Positions 24,836 through 34,625 of a DNA stretch of 35,493 nucleotides are shown here, one piece after another. The stretch's first letter is position 1; each line of letters starts with the position of its first letter. The stretch comes from a virus (taxonomy: Duplodnaviria > Caudoviricetes). The stretch covers positions 1 to 35,493 of the IMG/VR virus record IMGVR_UViG_3300024181_000011, one strand, 5' to 3'. Below the pieces are notes generated by a model. It was not told the origin of the DNA. It did no database searches and saw only the letters and a program-made list of their open reading frames with translations. The position numbers and the translations under genes were made by a program.

Positions 24836-25585
24836 GTGACTCTGCGGACTCCCCAAGACATCATCACTCTTGCCCTCAAGGATTGTGGTGTCTTGGGCGT
24901 CGGCCAGTCCGCCCTTGCGGAGGATATGAACGACGCCCTTGACACGCTCAACATGATGCTGGCACAGTGGAACCGCAAAAGGTGGCTGGTGTATCACCTC
25001 GTGGATGTCGTTGTGCCGAGCACAGGGCAGGCGAGCTACACCATTGGTCCGGGCGGGGACATAAGCAGACCTGTACGGCCGGATAGGATCGAGAGTGGCT
25101 TCTTTCGGCAGTTGCTTAGCAATCCACCAAACCAAGTCGATTATCCCCTTGGCATTATCCAGTCTCGTGAGGACTACAACCGCATCGCGCTCAAGCTCTT
25201 GCCGAGCTTTACCAGGCGGATATTCTATGATAGTGCTTGGCCACTTGGCGTGCTGCATCCCTACCCTGTCCCGCAGGCAAGCATCTACGAGATCCACCTG
25301 AGCCTTAAGGAAACCCTCACGGGGATCACTAGCCTTGTGACGGCAATAAACCTTCCAGATGAATACTTCGGCGCTTTGTTCTATAACCTTGTCTTGCGCC
25401 TCGGCGTGCGCTACCCGATCTCTCGAGACCAGACCATGCTAGATCAGTGGGAAACGGTCAAGGGCTTGGCCAAGGATGCGCTCAATGTGCTTCGCGGAGC
25501 CAACACACAAATTGCCTCGTTGACGATGCCGCCGGACCTTGTCCGCCGTGGTGCCTACAATATCTACTCCGACACTTCAAGCTAG
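24836..25585 (+). CDS. Head-to-tail adaptor (P22 gp4-like)
   Basis: DIITLALKDCGV.G, DALDTLNMMLAQW, LPDEY..AL.YNL motifs; position. Confidence 0.85.
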   Translation: MTLRTPQDIITLALKDCGVLGVGQSALAEDMNDALDTLNMMLAQWNRKRWLVYHLVDVVVPSTGQASYTIGPGGDISRPVRPDRIESGFFRQLLSNPPNQVDYPLGIIQSREDYNRIALKLLPSFTRRIFYDSAWPLGVLHPYPVPQASIYEIHLSLKETLTGITSLVTAINLPDEYFGALFYNLVLRLGVRYPISRDQTMLDQWETVKGLAKDALNVLRGANTQIASLTMPPDLVRRGAYNIYSDTSS

Positions 25586-25597
25586 AGGATATCTCAG

Positions 25598-26017
25598 ATG
25601 GTAAGCCAGGTTGTGCAGTTTGATCCAGGTCAGCGACTTATCGACGGGAATGATCTCAACAAGAACTTCGGGCTGTATTTCGGGGCAAGCTCTGGCCTCA
25701 CGGCAAAGGCCGGAGGTGGGCAGAGCCTGGCTACACCACTGCTTGGCGCGACGAACGAAGTGGCGGTCTGCGCGACGGGCAGCGACAGTGTGGTGCTGCC
25801 GCCGGCGACGACGCCTGGGCAGGCCGTCGCGGTGATTAACAATGGGGCGCAGACGCTGGCCATATTTGCAAGTGCCGGGACGGACAGGATCGTGCCGACG
25901 GCGACCATAGCGGCGAATGCCTTGGCGAATGGCACCGCTGCCACTTTGGCCTCTGGTGTGATGTGTGAGTTCTTCTGTTACAAGCCGGGGTTCTGGAAGC
26001 AGGAGACAAGCGTCTAG
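25598..26017 (+). CDS. Putative virion structural/decoration protein
   Basis: Ala/Gly/Thr-rich, DSVVLP...V.NNGA..L.IF motif; GAGG RBS. Confidence 0.65.
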   Translation: MVSQVVQFDPGQRLIDGNDLNKNFGLYFGASSGLTAKAGGGQSLATPLLGATNEVAVCATGSDSVVLPPATTPGQAVAVINNGAQTLAIFASAGTDRIVPTATIAANALANGTAATLASGVMCEFFCYKPGFWKQETSV

Positions 26018-26031
26018 GCGCAAGCACGTCA

Positions 26032-27540
26032 ATGGCTAAGCCTAGGAACGATAACCTAGTCCAGTTGCTTGGTGGGACGTACTTGGCACGCTCCGTCATT
26101 GCCTCTGCGCAGCGCTGCGTTAATTTGGTCCCTGAGATTAACCCTGGGGATAGTGAGACACCAGTTACGCACTATCTGCGAGCGGGGCTGCGCAAGCAAG
26201 GGACACCCACGACTGCGGGACAAGGTAGAGGACTGTACCGGGCGACGAATGGAGATTTGTTTGCTGTCGTCGGCACGGGGGTCTACTTTGTAGACTCCTC
26301 TGGTGTCTTTACCTTGCTTGGCAGCATCGCAGCTGGGACATCGATCTGCTCAATGACCGATGACACAAGCACGATGGTGCTTGTGGATGGGACGGCGACA
26401 GGCTACGAGGTTGTGCTTGCCACCCATGCATTCAGTAAGATTGTTGACCCGGAGTTCCTTGGTGCGGATAAGGTGGACTTTCTTGATACCTTTGTCCTGA
26501 GCAATGTGCCGGACACGCAGGAGTTTCAGAGCACACACTCAAACTCCCTCGTGTGGGACCCTCTGTTCTTTGCAAGCAAGACTGGGTTCTCGGACAAACT
26601 TGTGACCTTGGTCTGCTTCCATCGTGAAATCTGGCTCTTGGGTACGCTTACCTCTGAGGTCTGGTTCAACGCCGGCAATCCAACATTTCCCTTTGCCATC
26701 CTGCCGGGGGTGTTCTTCCAGCATGGCTGCGCGGCCCTGTATAGCGTAGCAACCCATGATCAGTATGTGTTCTGGCTGGACCAGGACAAGGACGGTGCCC
26801 GCACCGTGGTCATGGGAGAGCCTTACAAGGTCACACGGATAAGCACCTACGCGATCGAAGAGGCCCTGCGTAAGTACAAGGTCGTGAGTGATGCCATTGG
26901 CTTCATGGTCAAGCTGGGCGGACACATCTTCTACTATTTGACCTTTCCCAGCGCCGATGCCACCTGGGTCTACGACAAGCAGACGGAGCTTTGGCATGAG
27001 GAGACCTGGACGGATGGACAAGGGCAGGAGCATCGAAGCCGCCTCGTGGCGGCTTCTCTTGCCTACGGGATAAACTATGGCCAGGATTGGGAAAATGGTA
27101 CTTTGTACCAGATTGATCCAGACTCATTTACTGATGCTGGAGTCGCTATTGTACGACGCAGAGGTTTTCCGCACATTCTGTCGAATGGGAATAGAGTTTC
27201 CTACGGAAGCTTCTCGGCCGATATGCAAGCAGGCGAGCAAGGGGCCTATGGAGACATCTTGACAGAGGGAGAGGCCCTCATTGAGACAGAGACTGGCGAA
27301 CCATTGCTCACGGCAGAGCCTCCGGCGGCTCAGGTCTTCCTCCGCTGGAGCGATAACCGGGGCCGGACTTGGGGGAATCCCATTGCGCAGAGCTTCGGGG
27401 ACACTGGCGAATACCTTGTGCAGCCGCAGTGGAGCCGCCTGGGCATGGCGAGGGATAGAGTCTTTGAATTGTTTTGGGACTCGCCGCAATTGACGGCCTT
27501 GAACGGCGCGTGGATAGACCCTCACCCGATGGGGAGCTAG
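26032..27540 (+). CDS. Tail hub/nozzle, P22 gp10-like DNA stabilisation protein
   Basis: QRCVNL.PE, beta-propeller-like repeats, TWVYD..T..WHE, LRWSD..G.TW, W.RLG.ARDRVFE. Confidence 0.9.
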   Translation: MAKPRNDNLVQLLGGTYLARSVIASAQRCVNLVPEINPGDSETPVTHYLRAGLRKQGTPTTAGQGRGLYRATNGDLFAVVGTGVYFVDSSGVFTLLGSIAAGTSICSMTDDTSTMVLVDGTATGYEVVLATHAFSKIVDPEFLGADKVDFLDTFVLSNVPDTQEFQSTHSNSLVWDPLFFASKTGFSDKLVTLVCFHREIWLLGTLTSEVWFNAGNPTFPFAILPGVFFQHGCAALYSVATHDQYVFWLDQDKDGARTVVMGEPYKVTRISTYAIEEALRKYKVVSDAIGFMVKLGGHIFYYLTFPSADATWVYDKQTELWHEETWTDGQGQEHRSRLVAASLAYGINYGQDWENGTLYQIDPDSFTDAGVAIVRRRGFPHILSNGNRVSYGSFSADMQAGEQGAYGDILTEGEALIETETGEPLLTAEPPAAQVFLRWSDNRGRTWGNPIAQSFGDTGEYLVQPQWSRLGMARDRVFELFWDSPQLTALNGAWIDPHPMGS

Positions 27541-27543
27541 ACC

Positions 27544-28518
27544 TTGCCTCGCATTAGTGAGCTAAATCCAGCCGCCGCGCTTACGGGGACGGAGCTTGTC
27601 CCCTTGGATCAGAGCGGTCAGACCCTTGCGGCGCAGATCAATCAGATCATTACCTTGGCGCAGGCAAGCCTGGTGCTGCCAAGCGTGCCCGTGAGCGCCG
27701 CTATGCAGCCGGTGTTTCAGGCCCTGACTCTGGCGCTTGGCCGCACGGCAATGGCAGTGGCAGGCCTAGCGGACAACAACACCCTGACTGGCACCCAGAC
27801 TTTCCAGGGCAAAGTCACCCTATCCGGGGCCTCTCTGAATGAGGCCTTTGCAGTCCTTGCCTCCGCAGCGACGGTCAATATCGGTGCTGCAGCGGCGAAC
27901 TATATCCAGATCACTGGCGTTGTCGCCATCACGGCCTTTGACAATGTGCAGGCCGGAGTGGAGCGCACCCTTGAGTTTGCCGGCGCGCTCACGCTGACGA
28001 ACAATGCAGCGATCTTGCTGCTTGGCGCGGCGAACATTACGACCGTCGCAGGCGACGTGGCAGTATTCCGAAGTGAGGGCGCTGGGGTTTGGCGTTGTGT
28101 GTCTTATGCTCGCATGTCCACCCTGCCGACCACCAAAGCCCTCATGCAGACGGGGACAGACAACCAGACCATTGTCACGCCGGCGCGTGTCAATGATGCA
28201 GATGGCGTGGCAAAGGCTTGGGTAAACTTTACAATGGGCGGTGCAGGCGCGACAGTTAATAAGAGTTTCAATGTGACCTCGGTGACAAGAAATGGAGCCG
28301 GAGATTACACGGTGAATTTTACTACAGCTATGGCAGATGCAAGCTTTGCGGCTGTTGCATTGCTCTGGGGAACTACTGCGAATTTCTTTGGTAGTGTAGC
28401 AGCTGTATCTACCAAAGCAGTCGGTTCTGTGCGTGTCGTGGCGCTTAATACGACAGCAGGATCACTAAGTGATCTGACAAATAGCAATATTGATCTTGTC
28501 TGCTATGGGCGGCAGTGA
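27544..28518 (+). CDS. Tail fibre protein
   Basis: N-terminal RISEL...LTGTELVP motif, ASAATV domain, C-terminal KAWVNF...SFNVTSV...GDYTVNF fibre tip. Confidence 0.8.
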   Translation: MPRISELNPAAALTGTELVPLDQSGQTLAAQINQIITLAQASLVLPSVPVSAAMQPVFQALTLALGRTAMAVAGLADNNTLTGTQTFQGKVTLSGASLNEAFAVLASAATVNIGAAAANYIQITGVVAITAFDNVQAGVERTLEFAGALTLTNNAAILLLGAANITTVAGDVAVFRSEGAGVWRCVSYARMSTLPTTKALMQTGTDNQTIVTPARVNDADGVAKAWVNFTMGGAGATVNKSFNVTSVTRNGAGDYTVNFTTAMADASFAAVALLWGTTANFFGSVAAVSTKAVGSVRVVALNTTAGSLSDLTNSNIDLVCYGRQ

Positions 28519-29111
28519 TGGTCAGTGAATACCAAGTTATGTCGCCGAGGGCTCAGTGGGTGACGCCGGACGGGCTGCCGACACAAGCGTTCTATCGCTG
28601 CATCCTGGGCCTCTTTGAGATCATTGGGGCGAATAAGCCTGGGAGTCTAATTCCTGACAATAGTATTGCCAATGTCAAGCTGGAGCAGGCGCCGGCGCAG
28701 ACGCTCAAGGGCAACCCGCAAGGTGTCTTGGCGGACGAAGTGGACTTGCTCCTTGGCCCTGGCCTTGCCTTTGTGGCCGGACGTCTGGCTGGCACAGCCT
28801 TTCGGCTGACCTTTGTCAGTGCTCCGCAGGCCATTGCAAGTGCAGGAGGGCTCGCACTCTTGCACGGCCTCGGGGCGAAGCCCTTTGGGGTGGCAGCAAC
28901 ACTTGTCTGTCTCGTCGGCGAGGCCAGCTATGTGGCTGGCCAGGAGGTAGAGATAGGCTTTGCCTCTGTGAGTGTCATTAGGGAAGTGGCTGATTTGCTA
29001 ATCCGCTTCTCTAACGCGGTGAGCGTGTTCACCTTGCCTGATGCCACCACGGGCGCACCGACGGCGCTGACCAATGCTAACTGGAATATTGTGTTTAGGG
29101 CCTGGATATGA
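28515..29111 (+). CDS. Putative tail protein
   Basis: Coupled to fibre gene; HGLGAKP motif and C-terminal RAW. Confidence 0.65.
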   Translation: MMVSEYQVMSPRAQWVTPDGLPTQAFYRCILGLFEIIGANKPGSLIPDNSIANVKLEQAPAQTLKGNPQGVLADEVDLLLGPGLAFVAGRLAGTAFRLTFVSAPQAIASAGGLALLHGLGAKPFGVAATLVCLVGEASYVAGQEVEIGFASVSVIREVADLLIRFSNAVSVFTLPDATTGAPTALTNANWNIVFRAWI

Positions 29112-29254
29112 GCTGGGATGAAGAGATGAAGGCACTGGAGGACTGGTGCAGGGAGCATGGGCGGCCATTGCCAAACGAGAAATGGATGTGGTTTCCCTGG
29201 AGAGTGGACAATCCTGTAGAGGTGGCGCCGCCGTGGAGGCCTAAGCGTGACTAG
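29108..29254 (+). CDS. Small Trp-rich hypothetical protein (48 aa; not in ORF track)
   Basis: ATGA-coupled; MSWDEEMKALEDWCREHGRPLP...; fills the gap exactly. Confidence 0.5.
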   Translation: MSWDEEMKALEDWCREHGRPLPNEKWMWFPWRVDNPVEVAPPWRPKRD

Positions 29255-29828
29255 GCCATTCATAGTGTTTGCCATGCCCAGGGCGCGGAGTGCCTGGCTA
29301 TCCGCTTTCCTTACCTATGGAGAGTGGACCTGTATACATGAGATGTCGGTGGCCTTTGGGCAGATCTCGGACCTGGACAAAATCTTGTCTCGGCCGCGGA
29401 CTGGTGTATGTGATACGCAGCTGGCGCTGTGCTGGCCGGAGGTGATCGGGCGCTGGCCGCAGGCCAAGCTGGTCGTCTTACGACGACCCAAGGCAGAGGT
29501 GGTGCGAAGCTGCGAAGCCCTTGGCTGGCACGGCCCCATGCTGGAGAGGGCCGTGGATAGGCTAAGCTTGGCCCTGGATGAAGTCAGCACCCTTAAGGGT
29601 GTGCTCTGCACAAGCTTCCAAGAACTCAAACACGAGAGCAAGGCACGAAGCGTGTTTGAACATTGTCTGCCTTGCGCTTGGGACCCTGGCTGGTGGGAAC
29701 ACACCAAGGATCTCAATATACAGATTAGGCCAGAGGTCTTGATTGCTCGGGCGCAAGCCAATCGCCTGGGGATAGAACGGACCTTTGGCAGGGCCACGGC
29801 GTACTATGACTCGCGGGTGCTACAGTAA
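29247..29828 (+). CDS. Sulfotransferase-like P-loop-fold protein
   Basis: FIVFAMPRARSAWL...CIHE resembles the 5'-PSB loop; LVVLRRP..VV.S resembles the 3'-PB motif; GGAGG RBS. Confidence 0.6.
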   Translation: MTRPFIVFAMPRARSAWLSAFLTYGEWTCIHEMSVAFGQISDLDKILSRPRTGVCDTQLALCWPEVIGRWPQAKLVVLRRPKAEVVRSCEALGWHGPMLERAVDRLSLALDEVSTLKGVLCTSFQELKHESKARSVFEHCLPCAWDPGWWEHTKDLNIQIRPEVLIARAQANRLGIERTFGRATAYYDSRVLQ

Positions 29829-29840
29829 GGATACCTTGCA

Positions 29841-30581
29841 ATGCCCATAGGCTTGGGGACGGCGCTGTTGCTCAGTGCTGGCGGTGGATTGCTTAGCGCG
29901 GCGCTGAGTGCAGACGCGGCAAGTGGGGCAGCAGACACACAAGCTTCTGCCGCGCGAGAAGCGAGCGCGAATGCACTTACGGCCTCTCGTGAGGCGGCGG
30001 CGCGCTTGCAGCCCTTCGCCACTGGTGGCGTCAACGCCTTCAACACCCTTGGCCTAATGACTGGGACGGCGCCGGGGACCAGTCCGCTGACAGCGCCCTT
30101 GACAGCGCCCTTCAATCCGGCGGATTTGACGCAGACGCCTGGCTACAAATTCACGCTGGATCAAGGGCTGCAAGCAGTCCAAAGTGGCATGACAAGCGGA
30201 GGCCTTGGCAGAAGTGGTCCGGCTCTCAAGGGCGCAGCGAACTACGCAACTGGGTTGGCAAGTACGACCTACAACCAGCAATTGCAGAACTACCTCACGC
30301 AGAATCGGCAGATCTTTGATATGTTGTCTGGGCAGGCGAACCTTGGTGAGAACGCCGCTGCTGGCGCTGGGGCGCTTGGCGTGCAAGGCACGAATTTCTC
30401 AAACAACTTCTTGACTAGTGGCGCTGCTGCTCAGGCCGCCGGGCAGGTCGGCGTGGCCAACGCCATCGGTGGCGGAATCAATAGCCTGACATCGAGCGCA
30501 TTGACTGGGGCAATCTTGCCACAGCTGCTTGCTCGCAATGCGCAGAATCCATTGCAGGCTGCTACTGGTAAGACTACATAA
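29841..30581 (+). CDS. DNA ejection/pilot protein (P22 gp7-like)
   Basis: Ala/Gly-rich hydrophobic N-terminus; LQPF..GG, PGYKF..DQG, SG.ALK motifs. Confidence 0.8.
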   Translation: MPIGLGTALLLSAGGGLLSAALSADAASGAADTQASAAREASANALTASREAAARLQPFATGGVNAFNTLGLMTGTAPGTSPLTAPLTAPFNPADLTQTPGYKFTLDQGLQAVQSGMTSGGLGRSGPALKGAANYATGLASTTYNQQLQNYLTQNRQIFDMLSGQANLGENAAAGAGALGVQGTNFSNNFLTSGAAAQAAGQVGVANAIGGGINSLTSSALTGAILPQLLARNAQNPLQAATGKTT

Positions 30582-30593
30582 GGAGATCTTGCC

Positions 30594-32252
30594 GTGCCAC
30601 TCGATCCCAGTATCTCCCTTGGGGCTGCGCCGCAGCAAAGCAATCCTTTGGCGATGGCCGGGCAGGCCGTGGAGCTTGGCAACAATCTGGTCAAAGGCCA
30701 GCTGCTGCAAAATCAGAATGCCCTGTTCCAGCTGCAGACCCAAAGCCAGCTTGCCATTGGAAATATCCTTGCGCAGCATACGAACCCAGAGACAGGCGAG
30801 GTGGACTTGAAAGGCGCTATGGCTGCGACGAGCAAGAGCGGCCCAGCGGCTTATGGTATGCAGGACATTCTAAAGAAGAATGTCGAGAGACAAATTCAAC
30901 AGCTCGAACTGACGACCAAGGCCATTGGGATGCATAGCAAGATCGCAGAGACGACAGCCAATGCTTTTGGGCCCTTGCTGCAAAAGCCTGGAGGTGGCTC
31001 CGACGACGACCTCAAGAACACCATTTCGCAGGTCTGGAATGTGTACTCCACCGATCCGATGATCATGGATAGTCATAGAGAGGCTATTCGCAAGCAACTG
31101 CTTACCACGTTTGCGAATCCGCCACCACAAGGCCCTGGACGCGAAGAATGGGTTCGCAGCCATTGGGCACAGTTCCAGGAGTCCAAGGCCCAGATGGATG
31201 CGCAGACACCCGACAGGTTCGAGGTGGATACAGGCTCGACCAAGGATGTCTATGGCATTGATAAGATGTCGGGGAAAATCACTCGAATGGTGAGTGCGCC
31301 CAAGGGGCTTACGCCAGCGGAAGGGGCAGCGCCCGTTACGGCGCCGGGCGGGCAGCCGGTGCCCCTGCGAAGCACGACCTTGGCGCCAGGGCAGGGCACG
31401 AGTCTGGTCAGTCCGACAGCGCGAGGGAATGCACTGGTCGGTGCGCAAGGCAATCCCTTGGCAGGCCCAACGCAGGATCAGACCGACGCGATGACCGCCG
31501 GGGTGGCTGAGGACAATGCGCTTGTCGGGCCGAGGGGCACGGTGCCGCAGGCAGCACCAGGGCAAGGTGCCACTGGGCCGAGTGGAGTGCCAAGCCTGCA
31601 AGGGCAGCCCAGCGGTCGCATCGCGCCGCAGACCACTGTGGAGGCAGAGCTGCAGAAGCCTGCGATCAAATACGCTGAAGCGCTCGATGAACGAGTCGAA
31701 GCTGGTGGGCAGATGCAGAAGCAGCTGGCGGAGGTCATTCCTCTGTTGAGCAAGATCAATACAGGTGGCTTAGGTGAAGTCAAAGCGAAGCTGGCACAAA
31801 TTGCACAGGGCATTCCAGGGGTTTCACCAGATCTCGTAAAGCGCATTGCCAATGGTGATCTTGCTGCGGCGCAGGAATTTGACAAGTTCATGGTAACGTA
31901 TGCAACAACTACTATGTCTAGGGCACTTGCAGGTAATACAGGCAAGTTCACTCAGATGGAATGGGCAAAGTTCCAAGAGGCTAATCCAAATCTCAACACA
32001 GACCCAGAGGCTGTCCGCAAGATCTTCAACTTTGCGACTCGTATGTATCAGATGGATCGCAAGGAGCAAGAGGCTCTGGTGGAAGCAAGAAAAGAACCTG
32101 GATTCAATATAACAAATTGGCAGAATACTTGGCAGAAGAGAATGCAAAAAGAGGGCATGATTAATCCGCAGGAGATTCCAGAGCCAAAGCCAGCCCAGAA
32201 AGCGACTACGCATGAGGAGAGGCTTAGACAACTCTTTGGGGCTCGGCCCTGA
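30594..32252 (+). CDS. DNA ejection protein (gp20-like position)
   Basis: Gln-rich helical protein after the gp7-like gene; AAGGAG RBS; position-based call. Confidence 0.65.
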   Translation: MPLDPSISLGAAPQQSNPLAMAGQAVELGNNLVKGQLLQNQNALFQLQTQSQLAIGNILAQHTNPETGEVDLKGAMAATSKSGPAAYGMQDILKKNVERQIQQLELTTKAIGMHSKIAETTANAFGPLLQKPGGGSDDDLKNTISQVWNVYSTDPMIMDSHREAIRKQLLTTFANPPPQGPGREEWVRSHWAQFQESKAQMDAQTPDRFEVDTGSTKDVYGIDKMSGKITRMVSAPKGLTPAEGAAPVTAPGGQPVPLRSTTLAPGQGTSLVSPTARGNALVGAQGNPLAGPTQDQTDAMTAGVAEDNALVGPRGTVPQAAPGQGATGPSGVPSLQGQPSGRIAPQTTVEAELQKPAIKYAEALDERVEAGGQMQKQLAEVIPLLSKINTGGLGEVKAKLAQIAQGIPGVSPDLVKRIANGDLAAAQEFDKFMVTYATTTMSRALAGNTGKFTQMEWAKFQEANPNLNTDPEAVRKIFNFATRMYQMDRKEQEALVEARKEPGFNITNWQNTWQKRMQKEGMINPQEIPEPKPAQKATTHEERLRQLFGARP

Positions 32253-34210
32253 TGGCAGAGCGCGGAGCGCCTGGAGAGGAAGACCTACTCCAGTTGGAAG
32301 ATAGTGCGCCGGACTTGGCAACGGCTGTTCATCAGGCTGTGCAAGAGGGCATCCCTGGCGATGCTATAATGTCCTATGTGAGGAGGCATCCCAAGTTCAA
32401 GGCTGGACTCGAGGCCGGCGTGCCTGAGGCTGATGCTATGGATTATCTTGGCATTGGCGACGTTTACAGGAGTGATTTGCAGAAGAAAGCTGCAGAAGGC
32501 TTTGGCTATGGGCGCGAGGCGACAAGCGCGCTGACCCTGGGCGGGAGCAAAGTGGCAGAGGCCGGGGCAAGGTCTGGGAACCTTCTCCAGTTCGTTGATC
32601 CGATGGGGCTGCCGAGCTTGGCGACGGCAAAGCCGCTGCCGGACGACGCCAATCGGCCAAGCTACAGCGAAGCATATAAAAGTCTTGAGGCCGGGCAGAG
32701 TGCCTATGAGGCGGAGCATCCGGGCATTAGTGCCCTTACCAATGCCGTGGGGACGTTGCCGGCAACGGCAACGGGGCTGCGCTTGGTACAGGGTGGAGCG
32801 CGGCTTGCCACGGCGTCGATACCGCGCGTCGGTGCCATGCTAACCGGCGACGTTGCGACGGGCGCGTCTGGGCTCGAACGCTTCGCCCGACCACTGACAA
32901 GCAACGCCCTTATGGGCGGTGAAGCCAGCGTCATGCAAGGCGGCGTGCAACCGGGGGAGCGAAGCTGGAGCGACATTGGCGAGGGCATGGCAGCAGGGGC
33001 CGCTATCGGCGGTGTGCAGCGGCTGTTTGGCCATGCCATGACAGGGGACATAAGTCCCTATGTAGCTGAGAATGCTCAGCGCGCAGCGAGCCTGCCAACG
33101 CCAATAAATCTGGCGCCGAGACAGCTTAGCGAGACGGCACCTGGGCAGGTCAGCCATGGCCTCGCTGTGGACCAGCTCAAGGCATTCCAGAGGAACTTGT
33201 CGCATAGTCTGGGAGAGGATTTTGATACCTTCTCGACCGAGAACATGGCGAAGGCAAGGAAGAACATCGGCGATCAGCTGAGCAATGTAGTGCCGAGGCT
33301 TGGCATTGACGCTCGGGGAGAACTTACGGCTGCCACTCGTGGGGCGCCGAACATTGCTGATGATCTTGCTGCAATCGAGACCAAGCTTCACGCGAATATG
33401 GACCCGAAAGATCCAGGCTTTAGCCGGGTGGAGTTCGTGCTTGGGCAGCTCCGAAAGGAGCTTACGCAGGCCGCAGGACGTCCGGCCCCCGGCGGCTTTG
33501 TGGCGGGCGAGAAGTATCAGACCTGGACGAACAAGGACGGGCTCATTGATCAGTTGAATCAAGGGAATACGAAAAGGTACTTTGCGGATGTAAGAGGGGC
33601 CGTTGAGAATGCGCTGGAACGTGGCAGCCCTGCCGATGCAGTGGAAACCTTCCGTGACTATCGGGCGAAGTACAAGAATCTGATTGCACTCGAAGATCCG
33701 GCTGCAAAGGCGGCGACGAACACTGGAGGGCTAATCAATCCAGATCATTTGCCTGGTGCCCTGCGCGGCACGTTTGATGACTATGGCTGGAAGGGCACGG
33801 GGCCACGAAGCCAGATCTTGGCAGACTTGGCGGAAGTCAGTAAGTTTGTGCCGAAGCCGACGGCGACGGGGGGAGTTATTCAGCGAGGCAGCCATAATTG
33901 GGGTAAGACTGAGGCCGCACTTGCAGGAAGTGGTATCACAGGGGCAGCTATCCTTGGCATTGAAAAAGGGCCGGAACTCCTGCATAGCTTGGCGAGTGGA
34001 AGTCCAAGTCATTTAGCCTTAGCGGCTGGTGGAGCGACCTTGGCTGGGCTCGGCTTCGGTGGGCGGCTTGCCGCAAGGCGCATCGCTCAGCAGCCTTGGT
34101 ATCGCAACGCCGTGCTCGGTTCGGTCCTTGCTCCGAATCTCTATCCTACTGCCAACCCGCTCCTAGTCGCACCGATGGTTGCAGCCACCCAAGAGCGCTC
34201 GGAAGAGTAG
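32252..34210 (+). CDS. DNA ejection protein (gp16-like position)
   Basis: Large Ala/Gly-rich protein with glycine-zipper hydrophobic segments; last gene of late operon. Confidence 0.65.
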   Translation: MAERGAPGEEDLLQLEDSAPDLATAVHQAVQEGIPGDAIMSYVRRHPKFKAGLEAGVPEADAMDYLGIGDVYRSDLQKKAAEGFGYGREATSALTLGGSKVAEAGARSGNLLQFVDPMGLPSLATAKPLPDDANRPSYSEAYKSLEAGQSAYEAEHPGISALTNAVGTLPATATGLRLVQGGARLATASIPRVGAMLTGDVATGASGLERFARPLTSNALMGGEASVMQGGVQPGERSWSDIGEGMAAGAAIGGVQRLFGHAMTGDISPYVAENAQRAASLPTPINLAPRQLSETAPGQVSHGLAVDQLKAFQRNLSHSLGEDFDTFSTENMAKARKNIGDQLSNVVPRLGIDARGELTAATRGAPNIADDLAAIETKLHANMDPKDPGFSRVEFVLGQLRKELTQAAGRPAPGGFVAGEKYQTWTNKDGLIDQLNQGNTKRYFADVRGAVENALERGSPADAVETFRDYRAKYKNLIALEDPAAKAATNTGGLINPDHLPGALRGTFDDYGWKGTGPRSQILADLAEVSKFVPKPTATGGVIQRGSHNWGKTEAALAGSGITGAAILGIEKGPELLHSLASGSPSHLALAAGGATLAGLGFGGRLAARRIAQQPWYRNAVLGSVLAPNLYPTANPLLVAPMVAATQERSEE

Positions 34211-34296
34211 GACGAAGGTGTAGAAGAGGCAGAAGCCTAGGGCTGGCCAGAAGGCAAGGTAGGCGTGGGCGAAGAGGGTCACGAGCCAATCAATCA

Positions 34297-34620
34297 TCAG
34301 ATTTGTTCCTTGTTCCAATCCTGCTCTTGTTCCTTGACGCGCTTGGCGAGGCGTAGGGCTGCCTTTGCCTTTCGTTTGGCGAGCATCTCGCTGGCGTTGC
34401 GTAGGCCAAAGACATGCTCTGACAGGTCATGCTCTTTCATCCAGGCAAAGAACTCTGTGTCTGTCATGTTCCCCTTTAGGTTGTTACATCGTAAGCAGGC
34501 CGCGACAATGTTGGCACCGCCTCTGCCGCCACGCGACCGAGGCACCTTGTGATCGCGCGTTAGGCTATTTGGCTGTCCAAACATCGAGGTCATTTTCCTT
34601 CCACAATAGTAGCATAGCAA
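34297..34620 (-). CDS. HNH endonuclease (McrA/HNH_5-like)
   Basis: CYYCG...TRDHKVPRSRGG...NIVAACLRCNNLKG; TTG start at 34620 after GAGGAG (alternative ATG 34662). Confidence 0.88.
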   Translation of the reverse strand: MLCYYCGRKMTSMFGQPNSLTRDHKVPRSRGGRGGANIVAACLRCNNLKGNMTDTEFFAWMKEHDLSEHVFGLRNASEMLAKRKAKAALRLAKRVKEQEQDWNKEQI

Positions 34621-34625
34621 AGAGC

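Noticed and set aside
4645-28518. Diversity-generating retroelement or invertase-based fibre switching
   Set aside because: No reverse transcriptase, recombinase or near-identical template/variable repeat seen in the window
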